Shown here piece after piece: positions 18,395 to 35,494 of a stretch of 64,000 bases of DNA (position 1 is its first letter; the number at the start of each line of letters is the position of its first letter). The stretch comes from the human T2T-CHM13v2.0 reference genome, Homo sapiens. The position numbers were made by a program, and so were the translations under genes. The DNA is taken from the NCBI RefSeq assembly GCF_009914755.1, contig NC_060925.1. One strand, written 5' to 3'. Below the pieces are notes generated by a model. The model was not told the DNA's origin. It made no database searches and saw only the letters and a program-made list of their open reading frames with translations.

Positions 18395-18601
18395 TGTGTG
18401 ATTCTTCTGCCTCAGCCTCCCAAGTAACTGGGACTACAGGCACGTGCCACCACACCCAGCTAATTTTGGTACTAATATTTTTAGTAGAGACGAGGTTTTG
18501 CCATTTTGGCCAGGCTGGTCTCGAACTCCTGGCCTCAAGTGATGCACCCGCTTCAGCCTCCTGAGGTGTTGGGATTACAGGCATGAGCCACCGCACCCAG
18601 C
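18395..18601 (-). mobile_element. Partial AluS
   Basis: left arm plus part of the right arm. Confidence 0.88.
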
Positions 18602-18932
18602 TGGTGCACTGTGTATATTTTATCATAATTAAAAAATGTAGTAAAAAAAAGTGCCGCAGATAAAACAAGAAGACAAGAAAGGAGTTCATTTAAAGCTTCA
18701 CAGCGATTATCTTTGGAGTGCGGATTACAGGCAACTTTGTTTTCTTTATACTTTTTCTTATTTTCTACATTTTCTTCGATGAGCTTTTAAAATGAGGGGA
18801 AAAAACTTTTGGGGTTTTTTTTCATATCAATTATATTTATTTGATCATACAGCTTCTTCTTTCCTACCTCACCCCCCTTAAAAGTAGATTATGTATAAGG
18901 TATTTTAAAAGTAGATATGTATAAGCTGTTTT

Positions 18933-18957
18933 ACACACACACACACACACACACACA
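18933..18957. repeat. (CA)n microsatellite
   Basis: direct reading. Confidence 0.95.
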
Positions 18958-19866
18958 AACTTATTTTTAGAGCAGTTTTAGGATCACATCAAAATTGAAC
19001 AGAAAGTAGAGAGATTTATTATATGTCCCCTGCCCCACATGTGCACAGCCTCCAAGTTTTGGGTTTTTTTAACTGCTGTATCTCCACTGGGATGACAATG
19101 GAAATGATGTCATCAAGCACCAATTTTAAAATGCCAATAATGATTTTCTCCAGAACAAATATGGAGTTTATCCTAATATTATGCGTTAAAACAGTTTAAA
19201 GTATTCTGAAGAGCAGACAAGCAATTTTGATACTTTGGGGAAGATTGATTTGGAATTTTTTTTAAGATGATTGTTCACTGTACCAGCAATAAACTTTAAA
19301 TTACATAATACATACTGAAGACATGCCAGTCTCTCTTAATCAATTTAACAGACATTAGTTGAGCACCCAGGATGTGTCAGACCTGAGGCTCGGTGCATAG
19401 AAAACCCTTATCCTTTGAGCCTAAAATGTAAGGGGGTGGATCTTGACTGCTGAGAGTTCTCTCACTCTTCTATCACCACTTCCACCCCAGGGGTAACCAT
19501 TGTTAATAAACTGAAGTATATGCTTCCAAATCATTTTGCAATGCACACCATATAAAAATACTCTTTTTACAAATATAGTTACAAAAATTACATTTTATGT
19601 TTTTAAATTTTTATTTTTTAATTCTTATTTATTATAAGTTAGTTTTATTTTTATTATTTTTTATTATACTTTAAGTTCTAGGGTACATGTGCACAACGTG
19701 CAGGTTTGCTACATATGTATACATGTGCCATGTTGGTGTGCTGCACCCATTAACTCGTCATTTACATTAGGTGTATCTCCTAATGCTATCCCTCCCCATT
19801 CCCCTGATCCCATGACAGGCCGTGGTGTGTGATGTTCCCCACCCTGTGTCCAAGTGTTCTCATTGT

Positions 19867-23692
<3,826 letters not shown>

Positions 23693-23755
23693 TATGATGT
23701 TAGCTGGTTATTTTGCTCATTAGTTGATGCAGTTTCTTCCTAGCCTCTATGGTCT

Positions 23756-24771
23756 TTACAATTTGGCATGTTTTTGCAGTGGCTCGTACTGGTTGTTCCT
23801 TTCCATGTTTAGTGCTTCCTTCAGGAGCTCTTGTAAGGCAGGCCTGGTGGTGACAAAATCTCTCAGCATTTGCTTGTCTGTAAAGGATTTTATTTCTTCT
23901 TCACTTATGAAGCTTAGTTTGGCTGGATATGAAATTCTGTGTTGAAAATTCTTTTCTTTAAGAATGTTGAATATTGGCCCCCACTCTCTTCTGGCTTGTA
24001 GAGTTTCTGCCGAGAGATCAGCTGTTAGTCTGATGGGCTTTCCTTTGTGGGTAACCCGACCTTTCTCTCTGGCTGCCCTTAACATTTTCTCCTTCATTTC
24101 AACTTTGGTGAATCTGATAATTATGTGTCTTGGAGTTACTCTTCTCGAGGAGTATTTTTGTGGCATTCTCTGTATTTCCTGAATGTGAATGTTGGCCTGC
24201 CTTGCTAGGTTGGGGGCGTTCTCCTGGATAATATCCTGAAGAGTGTTTTCCATCTTGGTTCCATTCTCCCCATCACTTTCAGGTACACCAATCAGACGTA
24301 GATTTGGTCTTTTCACATAGTCCCCTATTTCTTGGAGGCTTTGTTCGTTTCTTTTTACTCTTTTTTCTCTAAACTTCTCTTCTCGCTTCATTTCATTCAT
24401 TTTATCTTCAATCACTGATACCCTTTCTTCCACTTGATCAAATCGGCTACTGAAGCTTGTGCATGCATCACGTAGTTCTTGTGCCATGGTTTTCGGACAT
24501 GTAAGTTCTTCTCTACACTGTTTATTCTATTTAGCCATTCGTCTAATCTTTTTTCAAGGTTTTTAGCTTCTTTGCGATGGGTTCAAACATCCTCCTTTAG
24601 CTCAGAGAAGTTTGTTATTACCGATCATCTGAAGCCTTCTTCTCTCAACTCATCAAAGTCATTCTCCATCTAGCTTTGTTCCATTGCTGGCGAGGAGCTT
24701 CATTCCTTTGGAGGAGCAGAGGTGCTCTGATTTTTAGAATTTTCAGTTTTTCTGCTCTGGTTTCTCCCCAT
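23756..24771 (-). pseudogene. L1 ORF1 (RNA-binding protein), disrupted
   Basis: 243-aa C-terminal ORF (RPNLRLIGVPE, YPAKLSF); nonsense TAG at 24670-24672 and a small deletion near 24495. Confidence 0.93.
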
Positions 24772-25774
24772 CTTTGTGGTTTTATCTACCTTTGGTCTTT
24801 GATGATGGTGACGTACAGATGGGGTTTTGGTGTGGATGTCCTTTCTGTTTGTTAGTTTTCCTTCTAACAGTGAGGACCCTCAGCTGCAGGTCTGTTGGAG
24901 TTTACTGGAGGTCCACTCCAGACCCTGTTTGCCTTGGTATCACCAGTGGAGGCTGCAGAACAGCGAATATTGCAGAATGGCAAATGTTGCTGCCTGATCC
25001 CTCCTCTGGAAGCTTCGTCTCAGATGGGTACCTGGCTGTATGAGGTGTCAGTCAGCCCGTACTGGGAGGTGTCCCCCAGTTAGGCTACTTAGGGGTCAGG
25101 GACCCACTTGAGGACGCAGTCTGTCTGTTCCCAGATCTCAAACTTCATGCTGGGAGAACCACTACTCTCTTCAAAGCTGTTAGACAGGGATGTTTAAGTC
25201 TGCAGAGGTTTCTGCTGCCTTTTGTTCGGCTATGCCCTGCCCCTAGAGGTGGAGTCTACAGAGGCAGGCAGGCCTCCTTGAGCTGTGGTGGGCTCCACCC
25301 AGTTTGAGCTTCCCGACCACTCTGTTTACCTACTCAAGCCTCAGCAATGGTGGACACCCCTCCCCGAGCCTCGCTGCCACCTTGCAGTTTGATCTCAGAC
25401 TGCTGTGCTAGCAGTAAGCGAGGCTCCCTGGCGGTGGGACCCTCCAAGCCACGCACGGGATATAATCTCCTGGTGTGCAGTTTGCTAAGACCATTGGAAA
25501 AGCACAGTATTAGGGTGGGAGTGTCCCGATTTTCCAGGTACCATCTGTCACGGCTTCCCTTGGCTAGGAAAGGGAATTCCCCGACCCCTTGCACTTTCTG
25601 GGTGAGGTGATGCCCCACCCTGCTTCAGCTCACACTCCGTGGGCTGCACCCACTGTCCGACAAGCCCCAGTGAGATGAACCTGTTACCTCAGTTGGAAAT
25701 GCAGAAATCACCCATCTTCTGCGTCACTCACGCTGGGAGGTGTAGACTGGAGCTGTTCCTATTTGGCCATCTTC
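24772..25774 (-). promoter_or_regulatory. L1 5'UTR (sense and antisense promoter region) with YY1 site
   Basis: YY1 motif AAGATGGCC at 25765-25773; CpGs largely decayed. Confidence 0.75.
25347..25610 (+). CDS. L1 antisense ORF0 homologue, 87 aa, open (translation unproven)
   Basis: MVDTPPRASLPPCSLISDCCAS..IRVGVSRFSR aligns by eye to primate L1 ORF0; gcaATGg context. Confidence 0.4.
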   Translation: MVDTPPRASLPPCSLISDCCASSKRGSLAVGPSKPRTGYNLLVCSLLRPLEKHSIRVGVSRFSRYHLSRLPLARKGNSPTPCTFWVR

Positions 25775-26097
25775 AATTTTTATTTATTTTTTCGAAACAG
25801 GATTTTGTTCTGTCACCCAGGCCAGAGTGCAGTAGTGTGATCATAGGTCACTGCAGCCTCAAACTCCTGGGTTCAAGGAATCCTCTTGCCTCAACTTCCC
25901 AAATGGCTAGGACTACAGGCAAGCACCACCAGGCCAGGCTAATTTTTTGTATTTTTTTATTTATTATTAATTTTTTTTTAGAGACAGGATCTTGCTATGT
26001 TGCCCAGGGTGGTTTCAAACTCCTGGTCTCAATCGATTGATTCCCCCCGCCTCCCCCAAAGCTCTGGGATTACAGGCATGAACCACCGCACCTGGCT
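25775..26097 (-). mobile_element. AluJ whose tail was interrupted by the L1
   Basis: TSD caaaaattac(a/t)tttt at 19582-19596 and 26098-26112. Confidence 0.9.
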
Positions 26098-26317
26098 CAA
26101 AAATTACTTTTTAAATTCCACATTATGTTACTGACATTTTTCTATGTTACTACATAAAGACCTACCTTTTTGTTTTAACAGTTACAGAGTATTTCAAAGT
26201 GAGGGTATTCCATTATTATTTATTATTTAGTTAAGCATGTCCTTATTGATGGACATTTAAATTGCCTATAATATACAATAAAAGCACTTGAATATTTACC
26301 CTTGTAAGCACCTATGA

Positions 26318-26612
26318 CTTTTATTTATTTATTTATTTATTTTAGAGACAGGGTCTTTCTCTGTCTCCCAGGCTAACGTGCAGTGGTGGCGTGATCATGG
26401 CTCACTGCAGCCTCAATCTCCCACCTCAGCCTCCCAAGTAGCTGAGACTACAGCCATGCACCCACTATATCTGGCTAATTTTTTGATTTTTTATAGAGAT
26501 AAGGTCTCACTATGTTGCCCAGGTTGGCCTCTAGTACTTGGCCTCAAGTGACTCTCCTGCCTTGGCCTCTTGAAGTACTGGGATTACAGGTGTGAGCTAC
26601 TGCAGATGGCCT
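26318..26612 (-). mobile_element. AluJ
   Basis: (TTTA)n tail; TSD-like ct(a/g)tgact. Confidence 0.9.
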
Positions 26613-27195
26613 TCTGTGACTATTTCTGAAGAACAAATATCTAGATGTGAAGTTGCTGGATCATGTCATACACTTTTAGTTTATACTATTTAATTGTTTT
26701 TATAATCTTTGTAGGCCATCTTAATCCATCTTATAATATAGTGTAAACACATAGAGTGAGAACTTTACTTTCAAAAGACACAAGACAAAGAGGGAACTTT
26801 GTGTCTTTTCAGGAAGCCCACAGAACTGGAGGTGGGTCAGGAATGTTTAGTGAAGGCAGAGCAGATTAAGGGATTTTATTCTTTGTGCTCATCACTCTTC
26901 TTTGTACCTCTTTCTTGTTTAGATAACAGGAAACCATTTTGGACAACTGTCTATGGTTTGAACCAACAAATAAAGGGAAGACATTCTAACTGATGAAGCT
27001 GCTCAACAACAAAACCAGGAATCTTCTGAGACAGTGAGCTTCCCATGACTGGAATGGTTATAGCTGAAGCCAAAATGGCTTACAAGAGAGGCCACACATT
27101 GTGCTGGTTAAAAGCACAGACCCTGGAGCCAGGATGCCTGGATTTGAATCCTGATTCTCATATATAGCTGGGAAACCTTGGGCAAGTTTACTTGA

Positions 27196-27518
<323 letters not shown>

Positions 27519-28654
27519 GTGCCTCAGTTTCTTCATCAGAAAATAGGAATAATAAAGTACCTACCTCATAGAGTTGTTATGCGTCACTTGTTCTCTCCAT
27601 GTTTAAATATACCTTTCAAAAGAAACAAGGAAGAAATTAGCTTTCTAAGATTATATACCTTGTAACAGTTTTTTTTTGTTTGTTTGTTTGTTTGTTTTTG
27701 TTTTTTAATTCCCATAGAAGTTAAATCACCCAAAATGAGGTTGGGAGAGGGAAGACCCTGAGGATAAAAAACTGATCAGGAACTTTGGCTCTGAATCCCT
27801 CAGGCCTAGGTCCATTCCAGAGTTGTTAGGGGAGTAGCATCATAATAAGGAAACTAACAAAACAAAAATGTATTTAAATTCTTCTAGGAAATTCTCTGCA
27901 GGAAAGTTGGAAGTCAAGCATCACATCTCATCATGGTGAAGTGAAAAGAACACTGGATGGGAGTCACAGACTAGGGTTTTAGTTCTAAATCTGTCACTGT
28001 GCCACCTTGGTCAAGTGACTTCACCTGCCTGAGTCTCATTTGCCTTAAAATAAAATCATCTCCATGCACTTTACACCCATTAGCTCCCCAAATCTTTGAT
28101 TTTAACAATTAGTACTCAAGTTCAGAAGATAGCTGCTGGTCAAGCCCCTCACACTAAGGCAAATGAAGGGCTGTGGTATGTACGTAAAACCCCTCCATCA
28201 AGGAAGCAAATCAAGGGAATCCCAGAGGGCTGAAATGTAGAATAGGGTGCTTATCAAGGATTCTGTTCTCTAGGGAACAGTTTGATGTAGATGTTTCTTT
28301 CTAACCATAGATTGTCAAAACTGGAAAGTACCCACTCTTGCCCTCTCATTCTGCAGGTTCACAAAGGTTAACTAACCTGGCTGAGGTCATCCACCCAGGA
28401 AGTGGCAGAGATGGGACTAGATCTCATGTCTTCTGACAGATCAGAGTTTTGCCACTACCCTTGTTATCTGGAAGTGTGGGGCTCAGGGCCTAGCACACAG
28501 AAAGTGATCAGTTACATTAGGTTTTTAGTAAAATAGCATCCTGGACACAAGCTGGGCTGGGACTAAAGTGAGGCAATAAAGCACCTGTGTCAAGTACAAA
28601 ATTTAAAAAGGGCAGGGAGCAAAATGCTCAGTATTCAAAACAAATAATATTTTA

Positions 28655-29449
28655 CAAGTTGAATATCTCTGATCTGAAACGCTTGGGACCAGGAATATTT
28701 TGGATTTCAGTACGGGTTTTTGCTTGGTTGGTTGGTTTTTGTTTTGTTTTGTTTTGTTTTGCATATACATAACGAGGTATCTTGGGGATGGGACCCAAGT
28801 TTAAACACGAAATTCATTTATGTTTTCATATATACTTTACACACATAGTCTGACGGTAATTTTATACAATTTTTTTTTTGTTTTTGAGACGGAGTCTCAC
28901 TCTGTCGCCCAAGCTGGAGTGCAGTGGCACAATCTCGGCTCACTGCAACCTCCCAGGTTCAAGTGATTCTTCCGCCTCAGCCTCCTGAGTAGCTGGGATT
29001 ACAGGTGCCCGCCACGACGACTGGCAAATTTTTTGTGTTTTTAGTAGAGATGGGGTTTCACCACGTTGGCCAGGCTGGTCTCAAACTCCTGGCCTCAGGT
29101 CATCCGCCCGCCTCAGCCTCCCAAAGTGCTGGGATTATAGGCGTGAGCCACCACACCCAGCCTACAATATTTTTTAAAATGTGCATGAAACCAAGTTTGT
29201 ATACACGGAACCATCAGAAAGCAAAGGTGTCACTATCTCAGGACCCATGTAGACAATCTGTGGTTGTTTGGCATCGCCATCACTCACTTAGGGATGCTGA
29301 ATAAACTGTGTGTTGTGTGCCTGTGTTTTGACTGTGACCTGTCACATGAGATAGATTGTGGAATTTTCCACTTGTGGTGTCATGTCAGCACTCAAAAAGT
29401 TTTGGAACATTTTGGACTTTGAATTTTCTGATTAGGGATACTCAACCTA
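28655..29449. mobile_element. Tigger4/MER46-like Tc1-mariner DNA transposon
   Basis: TIRs caagttgaatatctct and agggatactcaaccta, each flanked by TA. Confidence 0.8.
28870..29162 (-). mobile_element. AluS inside the Tigger element
   Basis: dimer; tacaat..ttttt on both flanks. Confidence 0.93.
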
Positions 29450-29668
29450 TAATGCACTATTTAATTTTTTTAAAATCCATGATGAACAAAATACAAAATA
29501 TAAAAATTTAATCAAAGACAAGCTCTGGCCCTGCACTTGGACAATCCTGTCTCACCCATCTCACCATACTCCCTAGTTCCAATAAAAGGTTGTTTACAAA
29601 AAAAGGCAACAGTCCATGGTTTGCAGATATGATTGTTTAAAATGCTACATTAAAATATTATCCATCTT

Positions 29669-29952
29669 GGCCCAGCGGGGTGGCCCATGCCTGTAATCCC
29701 AGCACTTTGGGAGGCCCAGACGGGCAGATCACTTGAGGTCAGGAGTTCGAGACCAGCCTGGCTAACGTGGTGAAACCCCGTCTCTACTAAAAATACAAAG
29801 ATTAGCCAGGTGTGGTGGTGCGTGCCTTTAATTCCAGCTACTCGGGAGGCTGAGGCAGGAGAATCACTTGAACCTGGGAGGTGAGATTGCAGTGAACCGA
29901 GATTGCACCACAGCACTCAAGCCTAGGTGACAGAGTGAGACTTCGTCTCAAA

Positions 29953-29987
<35 letters not shown>

Positions 29988-29989
29988 AA
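29669..29989 (+). mobile_element. AluS with (TAAA)n tail
   Basis: TSD taaaatattatccatcttg. Confidence 0.95.
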
Positions 29990-30147
29990 TATTATCCATC
30001 TTGATTTCCATACTTTTGTATGGCCCCTTAAATTGTGTATCCAACGCATAATTTGGACACTCCTCAACCTAGTCCTATCTCTGGGCACGACAAGAAATTC
30101 TGGGTCCTCAGGCCCAGGTCATCGGGGCATGCTGTACCTAGAATCCA

Positions 30148-30287
30148 AGGTTTCCTAACCTGGGAGTCTGTAGATGGGTTCCTCCGATTACAGGCAAAAT
30201 ACTGTGTTGACATTTCTCTTCCCAGGGAAACGGCTCTTAGTTTTCGTCTAAATCTCAAAAGACCCCAAAAAGGTTAAGAAATGCTGC
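30148..30287. mobile_element. MER103-like hAT-Charlie MITE
   Basis: ggtttcctaacctggg..ctcaaaagaccccaaaaaggttaagaaatgctg ends. Confidence 0.55.
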
Positions 30288-30679
30288 CACAGAATGAGAC
30301 ATTAAGTTTGCTTCTAATACTCTCAACCTACCCCCCCCCCCCAATTTTCCTATGTCCCCATTCCCAGCCTAAAACTTGCTGCCTTAAAACGTATCGCCCT
30401 GCACGTTTTCAGGTAGGGAATGCGGACATACGAAAATTTAAGGAATAGGCTAAGACATGCATTCCCACTGAAATGCAAATGACTTTATAAGACACAAAGC
30501 CCAGAGCACTGTTTATTCACGGCAGCTCAAAAGCCTTGGGCCAATTTTAAGTCTCCCTAGGATAGCAATTAACGCAATGGACACAGGCCTTAGGAGGCCT
30601 TTTCCAGGCCTTTCCCCTCAAATCACGCCTGTCACCATGCGTCCTTGGAAGCCTCCTAACCCTTCCCTGGCATGTCACG

Positions 30680-31050
30680 ACACCTCCAGACGGCCACAAT
30701 CAACACCCTTTCGACAGGTCATGGGGCGTGAGCAAAGGCAACACCTGCCTGAAAAGGTTATTAGCTCCGCGAAGCGAGCAACTCAGCAAAAACGCCTCCT
30801 CCCTTCTCAGGCATTCGCCTCTCAGAAGCGCAGGCCTCGAGGCCGGAAGCGTGGGGGCGGCGCCTGCGCGGGGGCTCACGGGAGAGGGGCGGGGCCGGGA
30901 CTCCCTAGCAGCTGCGCCGGTCCCGATTGAAAGTTGATTAGTGGGTCCCTGTTTCATGCTACCAATGTTACTGCAATCGAACTGGCAAATATTTGCCTTG
31001 GGATTAGAGTGACTGAAAATATTTGGTTGGAGCCAGATGCGTCGCGTGTC
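30680..31050. promoter_or_regulatory. CpG/GC-rich promoter
   Basis: only CpG-dense unique segment; ETS CCGGAAGC 30843-30850, NRF1-type GCGCCTGCGC 30860-30869, GC box GGGGCGGGGC 30886-30895, CCAAT 30962-30966. Confidence 0.75.
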
Positions 31051-31479
31051 TGTCCCTGAAATATTAGCTAAAGGAGTGATTTAGCAAAATAAAATGGTGG
31101 GTGGGGCCCCTGCCTGGCGGAGCTGTTTACTCGGAGTGGAGCTTCTAACAATCCCGGAGGGAAGGTGAACAGCTGGGAAGCAGGCCAGACCCAGAGGGAG
31201 AAAGGGTCTGTTTTGGTTTGGGGCAGATGGTTTTACATAAATCAGAGATGTGAGAATACACATCTTCCTTAAAAAGTTCTTTGTAATATTCCGAAACAAA
31301 TGACTGTCTGGAGATAAACCGTGAAGTGGTTTTGTTATATACAATTGTAGAGCTCATCTGAAATAAAGGCGCTTGTTACTAGGAAACCAACAGCACCACT
31401 CAGAAATGCTGCTGTTCTCTGAGCAGCTTGTCTGTTCCTGAGGTGTTGGTGAGCCAATTCATACAGCTCAGTGTTGTCC

Positions 31480-31690
31480 AACATGCCTACTGCTTCATAC
31501 CTAGCAATGTGGTCACCTCGGTTGGCGCATTGTCTAGCAGTCTCACAGCCAGCACAAACCCAAGATGAGTTATCATTAGCTCCATTTTGTAGATGAGGAT
31601 CAGTTTCTGAGCCACAGCAAAATATGCCCAAGATCTCCGAACTCGAGAGTGGCAGAGCTGGGATTGGAACCCAGACTCTCTCTGGACCCC
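31480..31690. mobile_element. MIR
   Basis: ctccattttgtagatgagga..agtggcagagctgggattggaacccagact. Confidence 0.75.
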
Positions 31691-31893
31691 TTGAGAGTCC
31701 ACGTGATTGTGTGATAGGTCCTATAATTCTACACATGAGGGCAGTGGGACTCATGCTGCTGATTGGGACACTTTGTGTGTCTGTGGCCAAAGGTAACCTC
31801 TTTCGCTGATCCTTGTTGCTAACTATGCAGTACTGGGAGATGCTGCTTCTAAAGAAAATAAAACTAAAAATAAAACAAATGCAACTACAATAA

Positions 31894-32223
<330 letters not shown>

Positions 32224-32343
32224 TAGTGAATATTTTATTTCTTTTTTTTTGTTTTCAAATGTAAAGAGAATACAAAGTTTGTAGGGGCATGGACTCAATA
32301 GAAATTTTATTTCCTAAGGGCAGACAAAGATTCAGAGGAGGCA

Positions 32344-32624
32344 GGCCGGGTGCGGTGGCTCACGCTTGTAATCCCAACACTTCAGGAGGCCGAGGCAGGC
32401 GGATCCCTTGAGGTCAGGAGTTCGAGACCAGCCTGGCCAACATGGTGAAACCCCGTCTCTACTAAAAATTCAAAAATTAGCTGGGCATCGTGGCAGTCGC
32501 CTGTAGTCCCAGCTATTCAGGAGGCTGAGGCAGAATAATCGTTCGAACCCAGGAGGCGGAGGCTGCAGTGAGCCGAGATCGCACCACTGCACTGAAGTTT
32601 GGGCGACAGAGGGAGACCCTGTCT

Positions 32625-32655
<31 letters not shown>
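32344..32655 (+). mobile_element. AluS with about 30-nt A tail
   Basis: TSD aggaggca. Confidence 0.95.
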
Positions 32656-32657
<2 letters not shown>

Positions 32658-34208
32658 AGGCAAATCACCTATAACAGAATGTACCTACTTTCTCTAACCC
32701 TAGTGTGCTTTTTAAAACTATAATCTGTGTCTAAAGACATGACTTTTGTTTTAAGAGGTTACTTTCCAATCAAATAGTTACTTTGTAACAATTGATTGTC
32801 TTTAATTAAACAAATATTTTTTCTAGAACAGACTCTGTTTACACAAGCCATGTAATATGAAATTACAGTTACCAAAATGTAATTTCCAGCTTCCCAATCA
32901 CTTGGCCTAGAAACCTCGAAATTAGCTTCTGCCTCACCTTTGCCACTCACATCCTGCTCAAAACTTTTAGTGGCTTCCCTCTGCGATGAGACAATCGCTT
33001 AACTCTAGCCTGGCATTCAAGATACTCCTTGGTCTGTCTCAACCTAACTGAAAGCTCAAGCTGGGAGCCAGGAGAGCTTGAGGTCCAATTCCTTCCCCAC
33101 CACTGAATAACTGAGAGGACCCCTGTCTCTGTGAGCCTTAGTGCCTTCATCTGTCAAATGAATGTGTTGGGATAAATTATTCGCTGCCCTTTATAACTGG
33201 AACTTTCCTGGCATCTGCTCTTCTAGCCTTCTTTCCTGTGTCTTCCCTTCTTGTACCACATGCTCTGGCCCCTACACAACCCAGGACGCTTCACATGCTC
33301 TGAACATTCCCACTTCTGACTTCCTGCCTTTATTTAGAATGCTCCTTCTCCTTCTTCTCCAGATGACCAAATCCTTCACTTAAAGACTCAAAGATACTGC
33401 CAACCCCCCAGGAAGTTTCCTCAGTTTCCTTGATAGGAAGTCATTTATTCAGCTGAGGAATTGCATAGCCTGGTATCTGACATCAGCACCACCACCCACT
33501 TTTGAGCACAGAGCCATGTTTGGATTATTTACATACCATCAGGTCTAGGTCATCTTTGTGTCTTCCCCAATGCCAGGTTAAAATAAGCCATTTAACTAAA
33601 TAACAGCAGGTAATAAATGGATATTAAATGTTAACCAATATTAGCTATCAGCAAGTAATAAACACCTATTAAATTGTAAACTACTATTTTTAATACTAAT
33701 GATGATAACAGATGTTTGTTAAATAAGTAAATGAATGAAATAAATTGCAAACCAAAAAGCCTATGAAAATATGCCAAGTTTTGTTAGGCTGAGTCCCTAG
33801 AAATAAAGTCAAAGGACATACATTCCCTGGAAACATCCAGGAAACAGAGCCAGTGTTTGGGGCCAAGATTTCCAGTTGTACATGTGTAGATATGTTTAAA
33901 TTTAAAGACAACCCATAGGAATCTTAAAGTTTTGAATGGGTAATTTACATCAGATTTTAATCTCATCATCTTGAAATTCTCCATTCTTCCTATTTGAATA
34001 AATATCCTCACATATTGAATACTTTTTAAAAAATGAAACTTTAAAATTTCAAAAACAGTATGACTCCTTTATTAGTTTAACTGAAAATGGTACATAAATA
34101 AATCTCAAATTCAGTGGTCAAATATGACACCAAGCTACCTCAAGTATTTTAATATATAAATATCTACAGGTACATGCCTGGTTGGAAACAGTCATTGCAA
34201 ATGAATGA

Positions 34209-34776
<568 letters not shown>

Positions 34777-34889
34777 TCAAGAAAACATTTGACCATGAAT
34801 TCGAATCAGCACCAAATCTTCACCTTGGCTAGTGAGAGGGCACAGCAAGCATCAGTGAGGCTAGGAATGGAGAAATGTTTCTGACACTG

Positions 34890-35094
34890 CCTTTCTTTTC
34901 TTTCTTTCTCTTTCTCCTTTTCCTTTCCTTTCCTCTCCCTTTCTTTCCCTTCCTTCCTTTTCTTTTCTTCTTTCTCTTTCTTTCTTTCCTTCTTTTTCTT
35001 TCTTTCTTTTCCTTTCTTTCCTTCTTTTCTTTCTTTCCCCTCCCACCCTCCCTCCCTCCCTTCCTTCCTTTTCCTTTCTTCTTTCTTTCCTTCT
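34890..35094. repeat. About 205-bp polypyrimidine/polypurine tract
   Basis: C/T only, except one A at 35045. Confidence 0.97.
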
Positions 35095-35494
35095 GATCCA
35101 AAAGTAATGCAAAGTTATATAAAATTCAAACATTGCAGAGTACATAACACATATATCATAATCTCCCCAAGTTCCATCCCACTTCAGCCCATCCCCATGT
35201 AATCAATGTTAACATTTTGGTGTACTTGTATGTTCTTCTGATTTTTTTCCTATGTATGCTAACATTATTATTGTTATCATTGATTTTTACCACTCGGGAA
35301 CTTGCTTTGCCACATATCAAATCGCTAGCATTATGACATACGGATGTGCCCATGTCTTTGCTGAGCAGATATTACCAAGGTTTCACTTGATGAACATCTT
35401 TGTGTATTATATCTTTTGCTTATGACATTACTTTCAGACAGGGCAGACTCCATCTTCAAAAGCTGTGGAGGAGGAGATCCAGCGGATTTCTCAG

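Larger units (their letters stand above)
28553..29580. mobile_element. hAT-type DNA transposon, MER96B-like (host of a nested insertion)
   Basis: gggctgggactaaagtgaggcaa..caaaatttaa at left; degenerate inverted end tctcacc..ctagttcc at right. Confidence 0.55.

Noticed and set aside
30577-30957. Overlapping ORFs across the CpG region
   Set aside because: Expected from high GC content; no homology recognised
34829-35145. K/R/E-rich and F/L/S-rich ORFs
   Set aside because: Translation of the polypyrimidine tract
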